A DNA stretch of 64,000 bases, taken from assembly GCA_025454475.1 (NCBI GenBank), contig JALOOJ010000014.1:179-64178 (forward strand), written 5' to 3'. The translations under genes were made by a program, and so were the position numbers. Shown here one piece after another: positions 29,533-39,793 of the stretch. The first letter of the stretch is position 1; each line of letters opens with the position of its first letter. Under the pieces are notes generated by a model that was not told where the DNA came from, searched no databases, and worked only from the letters and a program-made list of their open reading frames with translations. This DNA is from Anaerolineae bacterium. Lineage in GTDB: Bacteria; Chloroflexota; Anaerolineae; B4-G1; SLSP01.

Positions 29533-30585
29533 ATGCGTAAGCATCTGTCGATTGGGTTGGCCGCCATTCTTCTGGCGAGTCTCGTGATGACCGCATGCGG
29601 TGGTGGCGCTGCCAGCGGCTACAAGGTCGGTATGGTGACCGACATGGGCGGAATCGACGACAAGTCGTTTAACGCACTTGGGTGGAAGGGTATCGAGGAT
29701 GGCATCAAGGAGCTTGGCATTGAGGGCTCCTACCTTGAGTCGCAGCAACAGACTGACTACGCTACGAACATCACGCAGTACGTGAACCAGGAGACGGATC
29801 TCATCGTCACCGTAGGGTACATGCTAGCCGACGATACGGCGAGCTTCGCGGCGGCTAATCCTGACGTGAACTTTGCCATCGTCGACTTCTCGTACGCTCC
29901 GCCGATTGACAACGTCCGAGGTCTGACATTTGCGACTGATCAGGCGTCCTTCATGGCGGGTTACATCGCGGCTGCCGTGACCAAGACCGGCAAGGTCGCC
30001 TGCTTCGGTGGTATCAATATCCCCTCGGTGGCGATTTTCATGGTGGGCTATGAGGCGGGTGTCAAGTACTACAATGAGAAGCATGGCACCAATGTCGAGG
30101 TCTTGGGCTGGGACACGGCGGCGAACAATGGGGTCTTCGTCGGCAACTTTGAGTCCACGGACGATGGACGTCGTACGGGTGAGGAGTTTCTCGCCGAGGG
30201 CGCCGACGTCATAATGGCTGTGGCCGGTCCCGTGGGTCAGGGTACCGCTGAGGCGGTGCAGGCAGCTGGGAATGCATGGTTCATCGGTGTCGACGCAGAC
30301 TGGACGGTCACGGCATCTAAGTACTCGGACATCATCCTGACCAGTGTCCTGAAGAACATTGATGTTGCCGTCCTCGACACGATCAAGTCGGCCTCTGCGA
30401 GTGGTTTCGCCGGCTTTGGCGGCGAGTCCTATGTTGGGACGCTGGCCAACAACGGTGTGGGCCTGGCCGATGTGGCAAGTGGCGCGATCTCCAACGATAT
30501 TGAAGATGAGCTCGAGGATGTCCGCCAGGGCATCATCGACGGCACTATCGACTCGGGTTGGGAGACCTACCTGTCCAACCTGTAG
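29533..30585 (+). CDS. BMP-family (basic membrane lipoprotein, PnrA/NupN-like) ABC transporter substrate-binding lipoprotein
   Basis: Lipoprotein signal (LLASLVMTAC-GGG), then BMP-family fold motifs (GMVTDMGGIDDKSFN, FIGVDADW). Confidence 0.85.
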   Translation: MRKHLSIGLAAILLASLVMTACGGGAASGYKVGMVTDMGGIDDKSFNALGWKGIEDGIKELGIEGSYLESQQQTDYATNITQYVNQETDLIVTVGYMLADDTASFAAANPDVNFAIVDFSYAPPIDNVRGLTFATDQASFMAGYIAAAVTKTGKVACFGGINIPSVAIFMVGYEAGVKYYNEKHGTNVEVLGWDTAANNGVFVGNFESTDDGRRTGEEFLAEGADVIMAVAGPVGQGTAEAVQAAGNAWFIGVDADWTVTASKYSDIILTSVLKNIDVAVLDTIKSASASGFAGFGGESYVGTLANNGVGLADVASGAISNDIEDELEDVRQGIIDGTIDSGWETYLSNL

Positions 30586-30741
30586 TGTGATGGGCGAAGA
30601 GGGGAGCGGGCTGCTCGGAAGCGGTTCGCTTGTGAGCGACTTGCTCCCCTGAGTCGGCGGCAGGCGCCGGGATGCTGCCTGGCGGCGGGGCGTCCCTATG
30701 GGGCGTGCTCTGCTATGGTTGCTTAGGTTGCCGCTAGAGCA

Positions 30742-32268
30742 TTGGAGGTGACGATGCCCCCTGTACTGCAGCTTCGAGGGATCACCAAGCGTTTCCCCGG
30801 TGTTCTCGCCAATGATCACATCGACCTGGAGCTCGAGCAAGGGCAGGTCCTCGCCCTGCTTGGCGAGAATGGCGCCGGCAAGAGCACGTTGATGAACATC
30901 CTATATGGTCTGTATCACCCGGACGAGGGCGAGATCTACGTCCGCGGCGAGAAGGCCGATATTCAGGGTCCGAGCGACGCTATCAAGCTGGGCATTGGCA
31001 TGGTGCACCAGCATTTTATGCTCGTCCCTGTCTTGACTGTCACAGAGAATGTGATGCTGGGCATGGAGTCCATACGGAACGGCATCGTCTTGGACCGCGC
31101 CAAGGCGGCGAGGCGTATCCGCGATATCTCAGACCAATATGGCCTGGAGGTCGATCCAGAGGCAACGGTGGAGGACTTGCCGGTAGGGATCCAGCAGCGG
31201 GTGGAGATCATCAAGCTGCTCTACCGGAACGCAGACATCCTCATCCTCGACGAGCCCACAGCTGTCCTGACCCCGCAGGAGGTCATGGGACTGATTGCCG
31301 TGATCCGTTCGCTAGTCGCCCAAGGGAAGTCGGTCGTCTTCATCTCTCACAAGCTCAAGGAAGTGCTGGAGCTCTCAGATCGCATCGTAGTGCTGAGGCG
31401 CGGACGTTCGGTAGGAGCCACGACCCCAGCGGAAAGCGATGAGCGCAGCCTAGCCTCGATGATGGTGGGACGGGACGTGATCCTAGAAGTGCCCAAGGGT
31501 CCGGCAAATCCGGGTGACGTGGTCCTTGATGTTCGGGATCTGGTAGTCAAGGGAGATCAGAACAAGGTCGCTGTGTCCGGCGTCAGTTTCCAGGTTCGGG
31601 GCGGCGAGATTGTGGGCGTGGCAGGGGTCCAGGGTAACGGGCAGACGGAGCTGATAGAGGCGCTCACGGGCCTACGAGCCGTCGAAAGTGGGCGCGTCGA
31701 GCTTGGAGGCCGAGACGTCGCCAATGCCTCTCCAAGGTCGATCACGGAGGACGGAACGGCACACGTGCCGGAGGACCGGCAACGAGATGGGCTTGTGCTG
31801 GGCTACTCCGTTGCTGACAATCTGATTCTCAATACGTACTACCTGGCGCCCATTGCCAAGGGCCTTGCTATGCAGGAAGCGGCCATTACCGATCGGGCCG
31901 ATCGCCTTATCAAAGAATACGATGTGCGTACACCCACGCCCCTAACCCCTGCGGGTAACCTGTCCGGCGGCAATCAACAGAAAGTCATCGTCGCGCGTGA
32001 GCTGAGCCGACCGGTGAAGCTGACGATCGCGTCCCAGCCTACGCGGGGCCTGGACGTTGGCTCGATCGAGTACATTCACTCACAACTAGTCAAGAAGCGA
32101 GATGAGGGGGCGGCGGTGATCGTCGTATCCGCGGAGCTTGACGAGGTGATGGCCCTGGCGGATAGGATTCTCGTGATGTATGAGGGGCGGATCATGGGCG
32201 CCCTCGATGCTGCCGCTGCTACCAAAGAGTCGCTGGGTATGCTCATGGCAGGTGTAGCGACAGAATAG
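30742..32268 (+). CDS. ABC transporter ATP-binding protein with duplicated ATPase domains (nucleoside/sugar type)
   Basis: Two Walker A/LSGG/Walker B sets (GENGAGKST...LSGGNQQK...). Start may be the Met at 30754. Confidence 0.9.
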   Translation: MEVTMPPVLQLRGITKRFPGVLANDHIDLELEQGQVLALLGENGAGKSTLMNILYGLYHPDEGEIYVRGEKADIQGPSDAIKLGIGMVHQHFMLVPVLTVTENVMLGMESIRNGIVLDRAKAARRIRDISDQYGLEVDPEATVEDLPVGIQQRVEIIKLLYRNADILILDEPTAVLTPQEVMGLIAVIRSLVAQGKSVVFISHKLKEVLELSDRIVVLRRGRSVGATTPAESDERSLASMMVGRDVILEVPKGPANPGDVVLDVRDLVVKGDQNKVAVSGVSFQVRGGEIVGVAGVQGNGQTELIEALTGLRAVESGRVELGGRDVANASPRSITEDGTAHVPEDRQRDGLVLGYSVADNLILNTYYLAPIAKGLAMQEAAITDRADRLIKEYDVRTPTPLTPAGNLSGGNQQKVIVARELSRPVKLTIASQPTRGLDVGSIEYIHSQLVKKRDEGAAVIVVSAELDEVMALADRILVMYEGRIMGALDAAAATKESLGMLMAGVATE

Positions 32269-32398
32269 CGGGGATGTCTGTCTGAATCTCGGATTACACT
32301 GATTACGATATCCCACGGACGGCGGAGATCGTCCCCTGGTTTGGTCCGTGAAATCCAGGAATCTGTGTCATCCGTGAATCAGACTCTCCAGTACAAGC

Positions 32399-33703
32399 GT
32401 GGGAAGAGGAGTGTCCATGGACGACAAGACTGTAGCGAGCGCCATTGCCAACGCGGTCCAACAACCGAAGAGCGGGGCCCCTACCCCGAAGGGGCAGCAT
32501 CGCCGGGGCGGCTGGCTGAGGCAACTGCTTGTCCCACTTCTGGCGATCATCACGGCATTGATCCTCGGGGCTCTAGTCATCGCCTTTACGGATGAATCCG
32601 TCTTTCAAGCGTTTGGCGGCGGGTTTGGGCGTGGTGTCGGACAGGCCTTCTCTGTCATCGGACGGGCCTACGGCGCGTTCTTCTCCGGGGCCTTCGGGAA
32701 TCCTGTCCGGATCATCAGCGCGCTCATCAGCGGACAGGGGGCCCAGATACGGCGGGCCATCTACCCGCTGATGGAGACGCTGCGCATCTCAACCCCCTAT
32801 ATCTTCGCCGGTCTTGCGGTCGCGCTAGGTTTCCAGGGCGGTGTGTTCAACATCGGCGCCGAAGGTCAGTACTTCATCGCCGGCCTGGTAACGGTGTTCG
32901 TCGGATATGCCATCAAGGGCCTTCCTGCCATCGTGCACTTGCCGCTGGCGCTGCTCGCTGGGGTAGTGGGGGGCGGTCTGTGGGGCGCGATCCCAGGGTA
33001 CCTAAAGGCCAAGACCGGCGCGCATGAGGTCATCAACACGATTATGTTGAACTACATCGCGTTCCGTCTTGCGGAGTTCATGCTGGATGCCAATGGGTTG
33101 ATGGCTCGGGGCGATGGGCGGCCGGTCAGCCCAGAGATCCAGCCAAGTGCCTATCTACCGCAGTTCTTTCCCAACCAAGTCGAGCTGCGGGTCAATGTCG
33201 GCTTCTTCTTGGCTCTGGCGGCGGCAGCCCTGGTCTGGTGGCTGCTTTACAAGACGACGCTCGGCTATGAGATCCGCACCGTTGGTGCAAATCCCCGCGC
33301 TGCTCGCTATGCTGGCATGAGCGTTGCCCGGACCATTGTCATCACGATGGCCCTGAGTGGGGCGCTCGCCGGGCTTTCAGCCTCCACGGACATACTCGGC
33401 GTGTTGCACTATATGCCTAACGCTTTCTCCTCGGGGTACGGATTTGACGCTATCGCTCTCGCCCTTCTGGGCAAGAGCCATCCGTTTGGTGTGGTGCTGG
33501 CATCGTTGCTCTTTGGGGCCCTACGGGCGGGGGCTCAGAACATGCAAGGTATTGCGCAGGTGCCGGTCGACCTGACGTCGATCGTGCAGGGCCTGATCAT
33601 CGTGTTCATCGCCGCTCCCGAGATTATCCGGAAGCTCTACCGGCTACGACAACCCGTGGAGGGTGAGGAGTTGGTGACGGTTCGCGGATGGGGTGGCGCG
33701 TGA
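32399..33703 (+). CDS. ABC transporter permease (first of two, branched-chain/sugar type)
   Basis: Multi-TM protein downstream of the ATPase; alternative start Met at 32417. Confidence 0.8.
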   Translation: MGRGVSMDDKTVASAIANAVQQPKSGAPTPKGQHRRGGWLRQLLVPLLAIITALILGALVIAFTDESVFQAFGGGFGRGVGQAFSVIGRAYGAFFSGAFGNPVRIISALISGQGAQIRRAIYPLMETLRISTPYIFAGLAVALGFQGGVFNIGAEGQYFIAGLVTVFVGYAIKGLPAIVHLPLALLAGVVGGGLWGAIPGYLKAKTGAHEVINTIMLNYIAFRLAEFMLDANGLMARGDGRPVSPEIQPSAYLPQFFPNQVELRVNVGFFLALAAAALVWWLLYKTTLGYEIRTVGANPRAARYAGMSVARTIVITMALSGALAGLSASTDILGVLHYMPNAFSSGYGFDAIALALLGKSHPFGVVLASLLFGALRAGAQNMQGIAQVPVDLTSIVQGLIIVFIAAPEIIRKLYRLRQPVEGEELVTVRGWGGA

Positions 33704-33737
33704 TGACGATCAACGGGTCGTCTTACAGGAGGGATCG

Positions 33738-34991
33738 ATGACACTGATCAAGACGTCGGCAAAGGCCCAGCGACGGGCACGGACGTTAGGCGTTGTCTTG
33801 CTTGTGTCTGCGCTGGCCATTCTGCTGTTGTTCGTCCCAGGAGCAAATGCCGGTCAGACAACCACGTTCGCCTTCAACGAGACGCGTAGCGAAGCCTTTG
33901 CGATTCCCGAGCTTGCCTTCCCGACACGGGCCGGACTCTATCTCATGGCGGCCCTGACTGCGTTCGCTGGAGCCTACCAACTCGCCCGGGGGTTCACGCG
34001 CCAGGGTGCCGTGCTAGGCATTGTCGCGGGTCTGTTTGTGCTGGCCTTTCTAACATGGGCGGCGCGTGGTCAGTCGATGAACCTCACCGGTATGATGAAG
34101 TCCTCGCTCTTGCGCGCGATTCCCATCATCCTGGCGGCGCTGAGCGGCGTGATGTGTGAACGGTGTGGTATCGTCAACATCGGGATCGAGGGCATGATGC
34201 TGAGTGGCGCGTTTCTGGCTGCGCTTATCGGCAGTGTGGCGAACAACGTCTGGGTCGGCCTGATTGGCGCGATGCTGGGAGGCGCCCTGATGGCGGCCCT
34301 CTTGGCTGTGTTGGCGATCAAGTACCGGGTCAACCAGATCGTCGCGGGGACGGCTATCAACATCCTGGCCACCGGACTGACGAGCTACTTCAGCTCGCGC
34401 TACCTGCAGAAGTACGAAGTGCTGAACACCCCCCCCACCTTCTTGCCAATCCCTCTGCCCGGCCTGTCGCGCATCCCCATCATCGGTCCGGCGCTGTTCA
34501 ATCACACGGTACCGGTCTATCTGACGCTTGTGCTGGTGATCGCGATCCAGCTGATGTTGTTCTACACGCGCTGGGGCCTGCGCACCCGTGCTGTGGGCGA
34601 GCACCCCAGAGCGGCTGACACGTTGGGCGTGAATGTCTTCTTGACGCGCTACGTGAATGTACTCCTTGGGGGATGTGTTGCGGGGCTCGGCGGAGCCTAT
34701 CTAGTGCTGAGCTCTGTCGCGCGCTTTGACGAACTGATGACCGCTGGGAAGGGCTACATTGGCCTTGCTGCGATGATCTTTGGCAAGTGGAACCCTGTGG
34801 GGGCCTTTGGTTCTTCGCTGATGTTCGGGTTTGCGGATTCGCTGCAGACGCGGTTGGCCATTCTGGCTGTCCCCATTCCTTCGCAGTTCCTGTTGATGGC
34901 ACCCTACCTGCTGACGATGGTCGTACTGGCGGGCGTTGTAGGACGGTCCCGTGGGCCGGCTGCTGGCGGCCAGCCTTACGAGAAGGAATAG
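33738..34991 (+). CDS. ABC transporter permease (second)
   Basis: Multi-TM permease; start placed at Met MTLIKTS (33738) within the ORF beginning 33693. Confidence 0.8.
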   Translation: MTLIKTSAKAQRRARTLGVVLLVSALAILLLFVPGANAGQTTTFAFNETRSEAFAIPELAFPTRAGLYLMAALTAFAGAYQLARGFTRQGAVLGIVAGLFVLAFLTWAARGQSMNLTGMMKSSLLRAIPIILAALSGVMCERCGIVNIGIEGMMLSGAFLAALIGSVANNVWVGLIGAMLGGALMAALLAVLAIKYRVNQIVAGTAINILATGLTSYFSSRYLQKYEVLNTPPTFLPIPLPGLSRIPIIGPALFNHTVPVYLTLVLVIAIQLMLFYTRWGLRTRAVGEHPRAADTLGVNVFLTRYVNVLLGGCVAGLGGAYLVLSSVARFDELMTAGKGYIGLAAMIFGKWNPVGAFGSSLMFGFADSLQTRLAILAVPIPSQFLLMAPYLLTMVVLAGVVGRSRGPAAGGQPYEKE

Positions 34992-34996
34992 CCCCT

Positions 34997-36439
34997 TTGG
35001 CTCTGTGGCCGGAGGATTTCGTCGAGCGGATGCGCGGCTGGCTGGGCGCGGAGAGTGATGATTTCCTCGCCGCGATGGCCAAGCGCGATGTTGGGCTACG
35101 GCTGAATCCCAGCCGCGGCGAGTCCGCACTCCTCAGGACGCAACTCCCCTGGACTACCGCGCCGGTGCCTTGGTGTCCCGAGGGGCTGGTGTTGCGGCCA
35201 GTCCCCCATGCCGACTCAGGCGCAGGTGATCCCGATCCCGAAGTCTCTATCGGCGTACATCCCTATCACATCGCCGGCGTGTACTACGGCCAGGATCCGA
35301 GCGCGATGGCGGCGGCTGTGCTGCTCGACCCCCAGCCCGGCGAGTGGGTACTGGACCTCGCCGCAGCCCCAGGCAGCAAGGCCACCCACATCGCCGCGCG
35401 CATGCAGGGCGATGGCCTGTTGGTCGCCAACGACGTTTCGCGGAAGCGCACAACTGTCCTAGCGATGAACCTGGAGCGCATGGGGGTGACCAACGCCGTC
35501 GTCACCAATGCGTATCCCGAACGATTGAGCGAGGCATGGCCCGGGCTGTTCGACGCGATGCTGGTGGACGCTCCGTGTTCGGGCGAGGGGACCTTCTCGC
35601 GCGAGCCTCAGGCGTTGCGCGATTGGAGTCTCGATACTGTAAGAAGCTATGCCGCGCGACAACAGCGCATCCTGGATCAGGCCGCCCCACTCGTGAGGCG
35701 GGGCGGCCGGGTTCTGTATGGGACCTGCACATTCTCGCCTGAGGAGAACGAGGGGGTCATTGCCGGATTCCTGAGCGAGCATCCGGAGTTTGAGATCGCC
35801 GACCTGCCTGCGGTGCCGGGGATGAGCGCAGGGCACCCTGAGTGGATAGGGGTCTCGGAGGACCTGCGTCGCGCAGGTCGGTTCTGGCCTCACACCGGCC
35901 CAGGCCATGGGCACTTTTTCGCGTTGTTGAGGCGCACGGGCAGGGCGCCTGAGGACCTCCCGGTACGCTGGACAGGACAGAACATACCGGGACGTATCCT
36001 GCGGTTGTACGAGAAGACGTTGGCCCAGGTCCTGGTCCACGAGCCACCCGTGGCTGGGTTGGTACTCACCAAGGATGATGAGTGTTACATCACGCCCATG
36101 GCGCCTGATCTGCTGAGTCGGGTGCCTGTGTTGCGACGGGGATGGTGGGTGGCTTCACTGCGGCACGACAAGATCCTGCCCGACCACGCGCTGGCGATGG
36201 CGTTGCGCCCGGACGATGTCCAGTACACCGTCCGGCTCTCTCCCGGGGATCAGCGGCTGCCCAGTTTCCTCGACGGAGGGTTCTGGATTGAGGAGGGGCG
36301 TCAGACCACAGAGCCATCTGGTTTCGCGCTGGTCACGGTGGATGGGTTCCCGCTGGGGTGGGCCAAAAGCGACAGTAGCAGAGTCCGCAGCCGCTACCCC
36401 GTTCACCTGCGCCGCGGCGCAGCGCTCACGCTGGGCTGA
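34997..36439 (+). CDS. rsmF: 16S rRNA (cytosine-C5) methyltransferase, RsmF/RsmB (NOL1/NOP2/Sun) family
   Basis: SAM MTase motifs (VLDLAAAPGSKATH, DAPCSGEGT, LYGTCTFSPEENE), N-terminus LPEDFVERMRG like RsmF. Start TTG 34997 (alternative ATG 35030), right after the permease stop. Confidence 0.7.
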   Translation: MALWPEDFVERMRGWLGAESDDFLAAMAKRDVGLRLNPSRGESALLRTQLPWTTAPVPWCPEGLVLRPVPHADSGAGDPDPEVSIGVHPYHIAGVYYGQDPSAMAAAVLLDPQPGEWVLDLAAAPGSKATHIAARMQGDGLLVANDVSRKRTTVLAMNLERMGVTNAVVTNAYPERLSEAWPGLFDAMLVDAPCSGEGTFSREPQALRDWSLDTVRSYAARQQRILDQAAPLVRRGGRVLYGTCTFSPEENEGVIAGFLSEHPEFEIADLPAVPGMSAGHPEWIGVSEDLRRAGRFWPHTGPGHGHFFALLRRTGRAPEDLPVRWTGQNIPGRILRLYEKTLAQVLVHEPPVAGLVLTKDDECYITPMAPDLLSRVPVLRRGWWVASLRHDKILPDHALAMALRPDDVQYTVRLSPGDQRLPSFLDGGFWIEEGRQTTEPSGFALVTVDGFPLGWAKSDSSRVRSRYPVHLRRGAALTLG

Positions 36440-36447
36440 ACCTGGTT

Positions 36448-38814
36448 CTAGGGCGTGTCTTCCCCGTCTCCCCCCAGCACGACCTGACGGCTGCGGCCAG
36501 CGCTTTCCTGAGGCCCAACCAGACCCATTGTCTCCATCTGCTCCATCAGCCTCGCCGCGCGCGGATAGCTGATGCGAAGGCGACGCTGGATGCCCGATGT
36601 GGAGACCTTGCCATGGGTTCTTGCATAGGTGATTGCCTGTTCGAGGAGGTCCGCGTCCTCGCCAAGTCCCTCAATGCGCCAGTTCTCCGGGCCCTGCGAG
36701 TCAGCCAGCACATCCCATGGCGCTCGCGCCGGGGTTGCGCCAGCTTCCTGCTGCCAGAAGCGGATCAGTGCCTCGAGCTCGTCGTCGGAGATGTAGCATC
36801 CCTGAACCCGGATCGGCGCCGATGCGTCGGGCGGCATAAAGAGCATATCGCCTTGACCGAGGAGTGTCTCGGCGCCAGGTGTGTCAATGATCACGCGCGA
36901 GTCGACGCCACTGGCAGTGGCAAAGCTGATACGGGCCGGGAAGTTGGCTTTGATCAGGCCGGTGACTACGTCGGTGCTGGGACGCTGCGTCGCCACGACG
37001 AGGTGAATACCTGTGGCCCGCGCCATTTGGGCGATGCGCGTAAGCGTTCGCTCGGTCTCCTCGGGCTCCGACATCATCAGATCTGCCAGCTCGTCGATGA
37101 GCACGACGATACGAGGTAGCGGGGCTTCCTCTTCCTCTTCCGCATCGGGCACCGCGCGTCGGCGTGCCAGTCTGGCATTGTACTCGTCGAGGTTGCGCGC
37201 AACGGCCTTGGCGAACAGCTTGTAGCGCTCATCCATCTCATGGGCGACCCAACGGAGCACGCGCAGACCGCGCTCCACGTCCGTTTCAGCGCTCCCCAGG
37301 AGATGGGGGAGCCCGTTGAGGTGGCTGAGCTCCACCATCTTGGGGTCGATGGCGATCAATTTGAGTTCCTCTGGCGTGTTGTGCGCAATCAGGCTCGCGG
37401 CCAGTGCTTTGATGAAGATGGACTTGCCGCTGCCTGTAGTCCCGGCAACCAGCAGATGGGGCATCCTTGATAGATCGGCGACCTGCGGGCTTCCGGCGAC
37501 ATCAAGTCCGATGGCGATGCAGAGCGGGCGACCGCATTTGTGAAACGCATCGCTCTCGAGCAACGACCTGAGCCGAACTGTGGTGATGTCAGCATTGGGT
37601 ACTTCGATCCCCACGACAGCGCGTCCGGGCACTGGTGCTTCGACGCGTAGCGAGCGTGCTGCCAACGCCAGAGCCAGATCGTCGGAAAGCGTGGCGATTT
37701 GGCTGACGCGCACCTTGCGCTGCCGCTCTCCCTCAGTCCCACGGTTAATGTACCCGGGCGAGACGCCAAACTGGGTGACTGTAGGGCCAGGACGCACTTC
37801 GGTGATGCGTGCCGGGACACCAAACTGCTCGAGTGTCTCCTCGATGATGTGGCTCTTACGCTCGATCTCCTGCGGGTCCATCCCGATTGTCTTGGATTCG
37901 CGGAGTAGATCCATAGGGATCATAAGTAGAGCAGATTTAGTGCGTCGGGGCTTTGCGATGGGTTGGGGCTGTCGGATCTTGGGCTTGGCTCGGTTCTGCT
38001 CCATAGGCGGCGCCATCGCCGCAGACCGGCGTCGCGAAATCGGCGAGACGGCGACGCCGGCGGCAGGGCTGTAGCTCTGCGCGTCGCCCAGGGCGTGTCG
38101 GGCATTGACTCGCGCAGTGACCTTGGCTGCTTGGGCTGCACGCCACGCTGACCAGACCTCCGTCAATCGCCCGCCGAAGGCTGCAAGTTCCTTGCCAGTC
38201 AGGTCGAAGACCAGCGCGATACCCAGCAAGGTCATCAGACCCATGAGCAGTCCGGTGATCAGCTTGCCTAGATAGTCGCTCACGAAGAGGTAGAGCCCCC
38301 AACCGATAACACCACCGCCTTTACCCGACTCAATAAGCATCCAGCCAGGCTGATCGATCAAGGCAAAGGTTAGGGCTTGTAGACCAATCAGGGCCAGCTC
38401 GAGGCCCAGAAGGGGGCGCCAGCGCCATGCTGTGGGCTGGTGCACGAGGTGTCGCAGCCACAACAGCCCCGAGGCCACAATCAGGGTCGCCACGGGATAC
38501 GCCGCCCAGCCAAAGGCAAGAACCAAGAAGCGCACCCAAGCGATGACCAAGGCTCCGGAATTGACGCCCGGGATGAGCGTGATAAAGGTTACCGTGCCAA
38601 ATGCGATCAGTGCTAGCGCCAAGACCTGCTGACCAGCAGGCCCCATGAGCCAGGCTCCCAGCCAACGGCTGAGTTTTGCTGGCCACGACTCGGCCAGGGG
38701 CTTGGGCGGTGCGGATGCGCGCGCTGCGGATGAGTGAGGCGCAGGTGTGCGCTGCTGCCTGGTCGTGGCCCCGCTTCGTGGATGGGCCATACGCGCGTAA
38801 CGTCGCTCAGGCAT
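36448..38814 (-). CDS. ftsK: DNA translocase FtsK/SpoIIIE
   Basis: N-terminal TM helices, linker, RecA-like motor (HLLVAGTTGSGKS, VLIDELADLM), gamma domain wHTH. Confidence 0.85.
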   Translation of the reverse strand: MPERRYARMAHPRSGATTRQQRTPAPHSSAARASAPPKPLAESWPAKLSRWLGAWLMGPAGQQVLALALIAFGTVTFITLIPGVNSGALVIAWVRFLVLAFGWAAYPVATLIVASGLLWLRHLVHQPTAWRWRPLLGLELALIGLQALTFALIDQPGWMLIESGKGGGVIGWGLYLFVSDYLGKLITGLLMGLMTLLGIALVFDLTGKELAAFGGRLTEVWSAWRAAQAAKVTARVNARHALGDAQSYSPAAGVAVSPISRRRSAAMAPPMEQNRAKPKIRQPQPIAKPRRTKSALLMIPMDLLRESKTIGMDPQEIERKSHIIEETLEQFGVPARITEVRPGPTVTQFGVSPGYINRGTEGERQRKVRVSQIATLSDDLALALAARSLRVEAPVPGRAVVGIEVPNADITTVRLRSLLESDAFHKCGRPLCIAIGLDVAGSPQVADLSRMPHLLVAGTTGSGKSIFIKALAASLIAHNTPEELKLIAIDPKMVELSHLNGLPHLLGSAETDVERGLRVLRWVAHEMDERYKLFAKAVARNLDEYNARLARRRAVPDAEEEEEAPLPRIVVLIDELADLMMSEPEETERTLTRIAQMARATGIHLVVATQRPSTDVVTGLIKANFPARISFATASGVDSRVIIDTPGAETLLGQGDMLFMPPDASAPIRVQGCYISDDELEALIRFWQQEAGATPARAPWDVLADSQGPENWRIEGLGEDADLLEQAITYARTHGKVSTSGIQRRLRISYPRAARLMEQMETMGLVGPQESAGRSRQVVLGGDGEDTP

Positions 38815-39745
38815 TCTCGACCTCGCTTGTCGCCAGCGCTAGGGCAATCCGGTGTTCGTCAGGCAGAATGTCGAGTATGCGGACGTCGATTGCCTCCCCG
38901 ACAGTGAACATGCTCTGGACATCGTTGCGGCAGCTCGCATCGCCCAGTCCGGAGATGTGAACGAGCCCCTCAATGCCTTCCAGAAGCTCAACGAAAAGCC
39001 CAAAGCGTTCGACACTCGCAACGGATCCTTCGATGACGTCGCCGGGCTTCAGGAGATCATGCACGGTCGCCCAGGGATTGGGCCGCAAGCGCTTGATGCT
39101 CAAGCCAACGCGCTGGTGCTCGAGGTCAACGTTGAGGATCCTGACCTTTACCGACTGTCCAGGGGCGACGAAATCCTGAGGGTGGCGCACGCGTCCCCAG
39201 GAGATCTCAGAGATATGGACCATGCCCTCGAGGGGACCGATATCGACAAAGGCACCAAATGGACGTACGCTGGTGACGATTCCATCGCAGACTGTGCCTA
39301 TACATAACCATGCGGGCCATTCAGTATGCTTTGGCTCACAGTCGGCGACCCGGCGCTCTGAGAGCAGGATCCGGTTACGTGAGGGTTCGACTTCGATGAC
39401 GCAGAAGCGCAGGGTCTTGCCCAGATAGCGCTCAAAGCAACTCTCTCTGGTGTCGGGATCAGCAGGAAACGGATAGGCCACGAGATGGGATGCTGGCACG
39501 AAGCACTCGATGGATTTCCAGTGTGCTATCAGGCCTCCGCGGTTGTAGCTGTCTACAGTGATACTGACAGTGCTGTGGCGATCCTGAAGGTCGCGGGCTT
39601 CATCCCATATCTCGAGAGCCACTGACGGCAACTCGATCCACTCCCATGGCCCTGGGACCTCACCTGTGCTGATCGGCCCCTCCCTAAGGATCGCCTCCCA
39701 GCATGCCTCACAGGGCGGGCAGTACGGCGGAACGTACGACTCCAT
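38807..39745 (-). CDS. S1 RNA-binding domain protein (three S1 repeats) with N-terminal CxxCxxC cluster
   Basis: Repeated S1 motifs (GxV..V..FGAFV.I....G.VHISE). N-terminus YCPPCEACW. Confidence 0.65.
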   Translation of the reverse strand: MESYVPPYCPPCEACWEAILREGPISTGEVPGPWEWIELPSVALEIWDEARDLQDRHSTVSITVDSYNRGGLIAHWKSIECFVPASHLVAYPFPADPDTRESCFERYLGKTLRFCVIEVEPSRNRILLSERRVADCEPKHTEWPAWLCIGTVCDGIVTSVRPFGAFVDIGPLEGMVHISEISWGRVRHPQDFVAPGQSVKVRILNVDLEHQRVGLSIKRLRPNPWATVHDLLKPGDVIEGSVASVERFGLFVELLEGIEGLVHISGLGDASCRNDVQSMFTVGEAIDVRILDILPDEHRIALALATSEVENA

Positions 39746-39793
39746 TCAGCTGATCCTCCTCACCGGCTCTGCAGTCAGTGCACCAGCCGGTCT

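Noticed and set aside
34050-34604. 184-aa minus-strand ORF and a plus-strand 151-aa ORF
   Set aside because: Shadow ORFs inside the second ABC permease.
34787-34996. Upstream part of the long ORF leading into rsmF (starts inside the permease)
   Set aside because: It overlaps the permease in another frame and has no homology until LPEDFVERMRG; the real start is TTG 34997 or ATG 35030.
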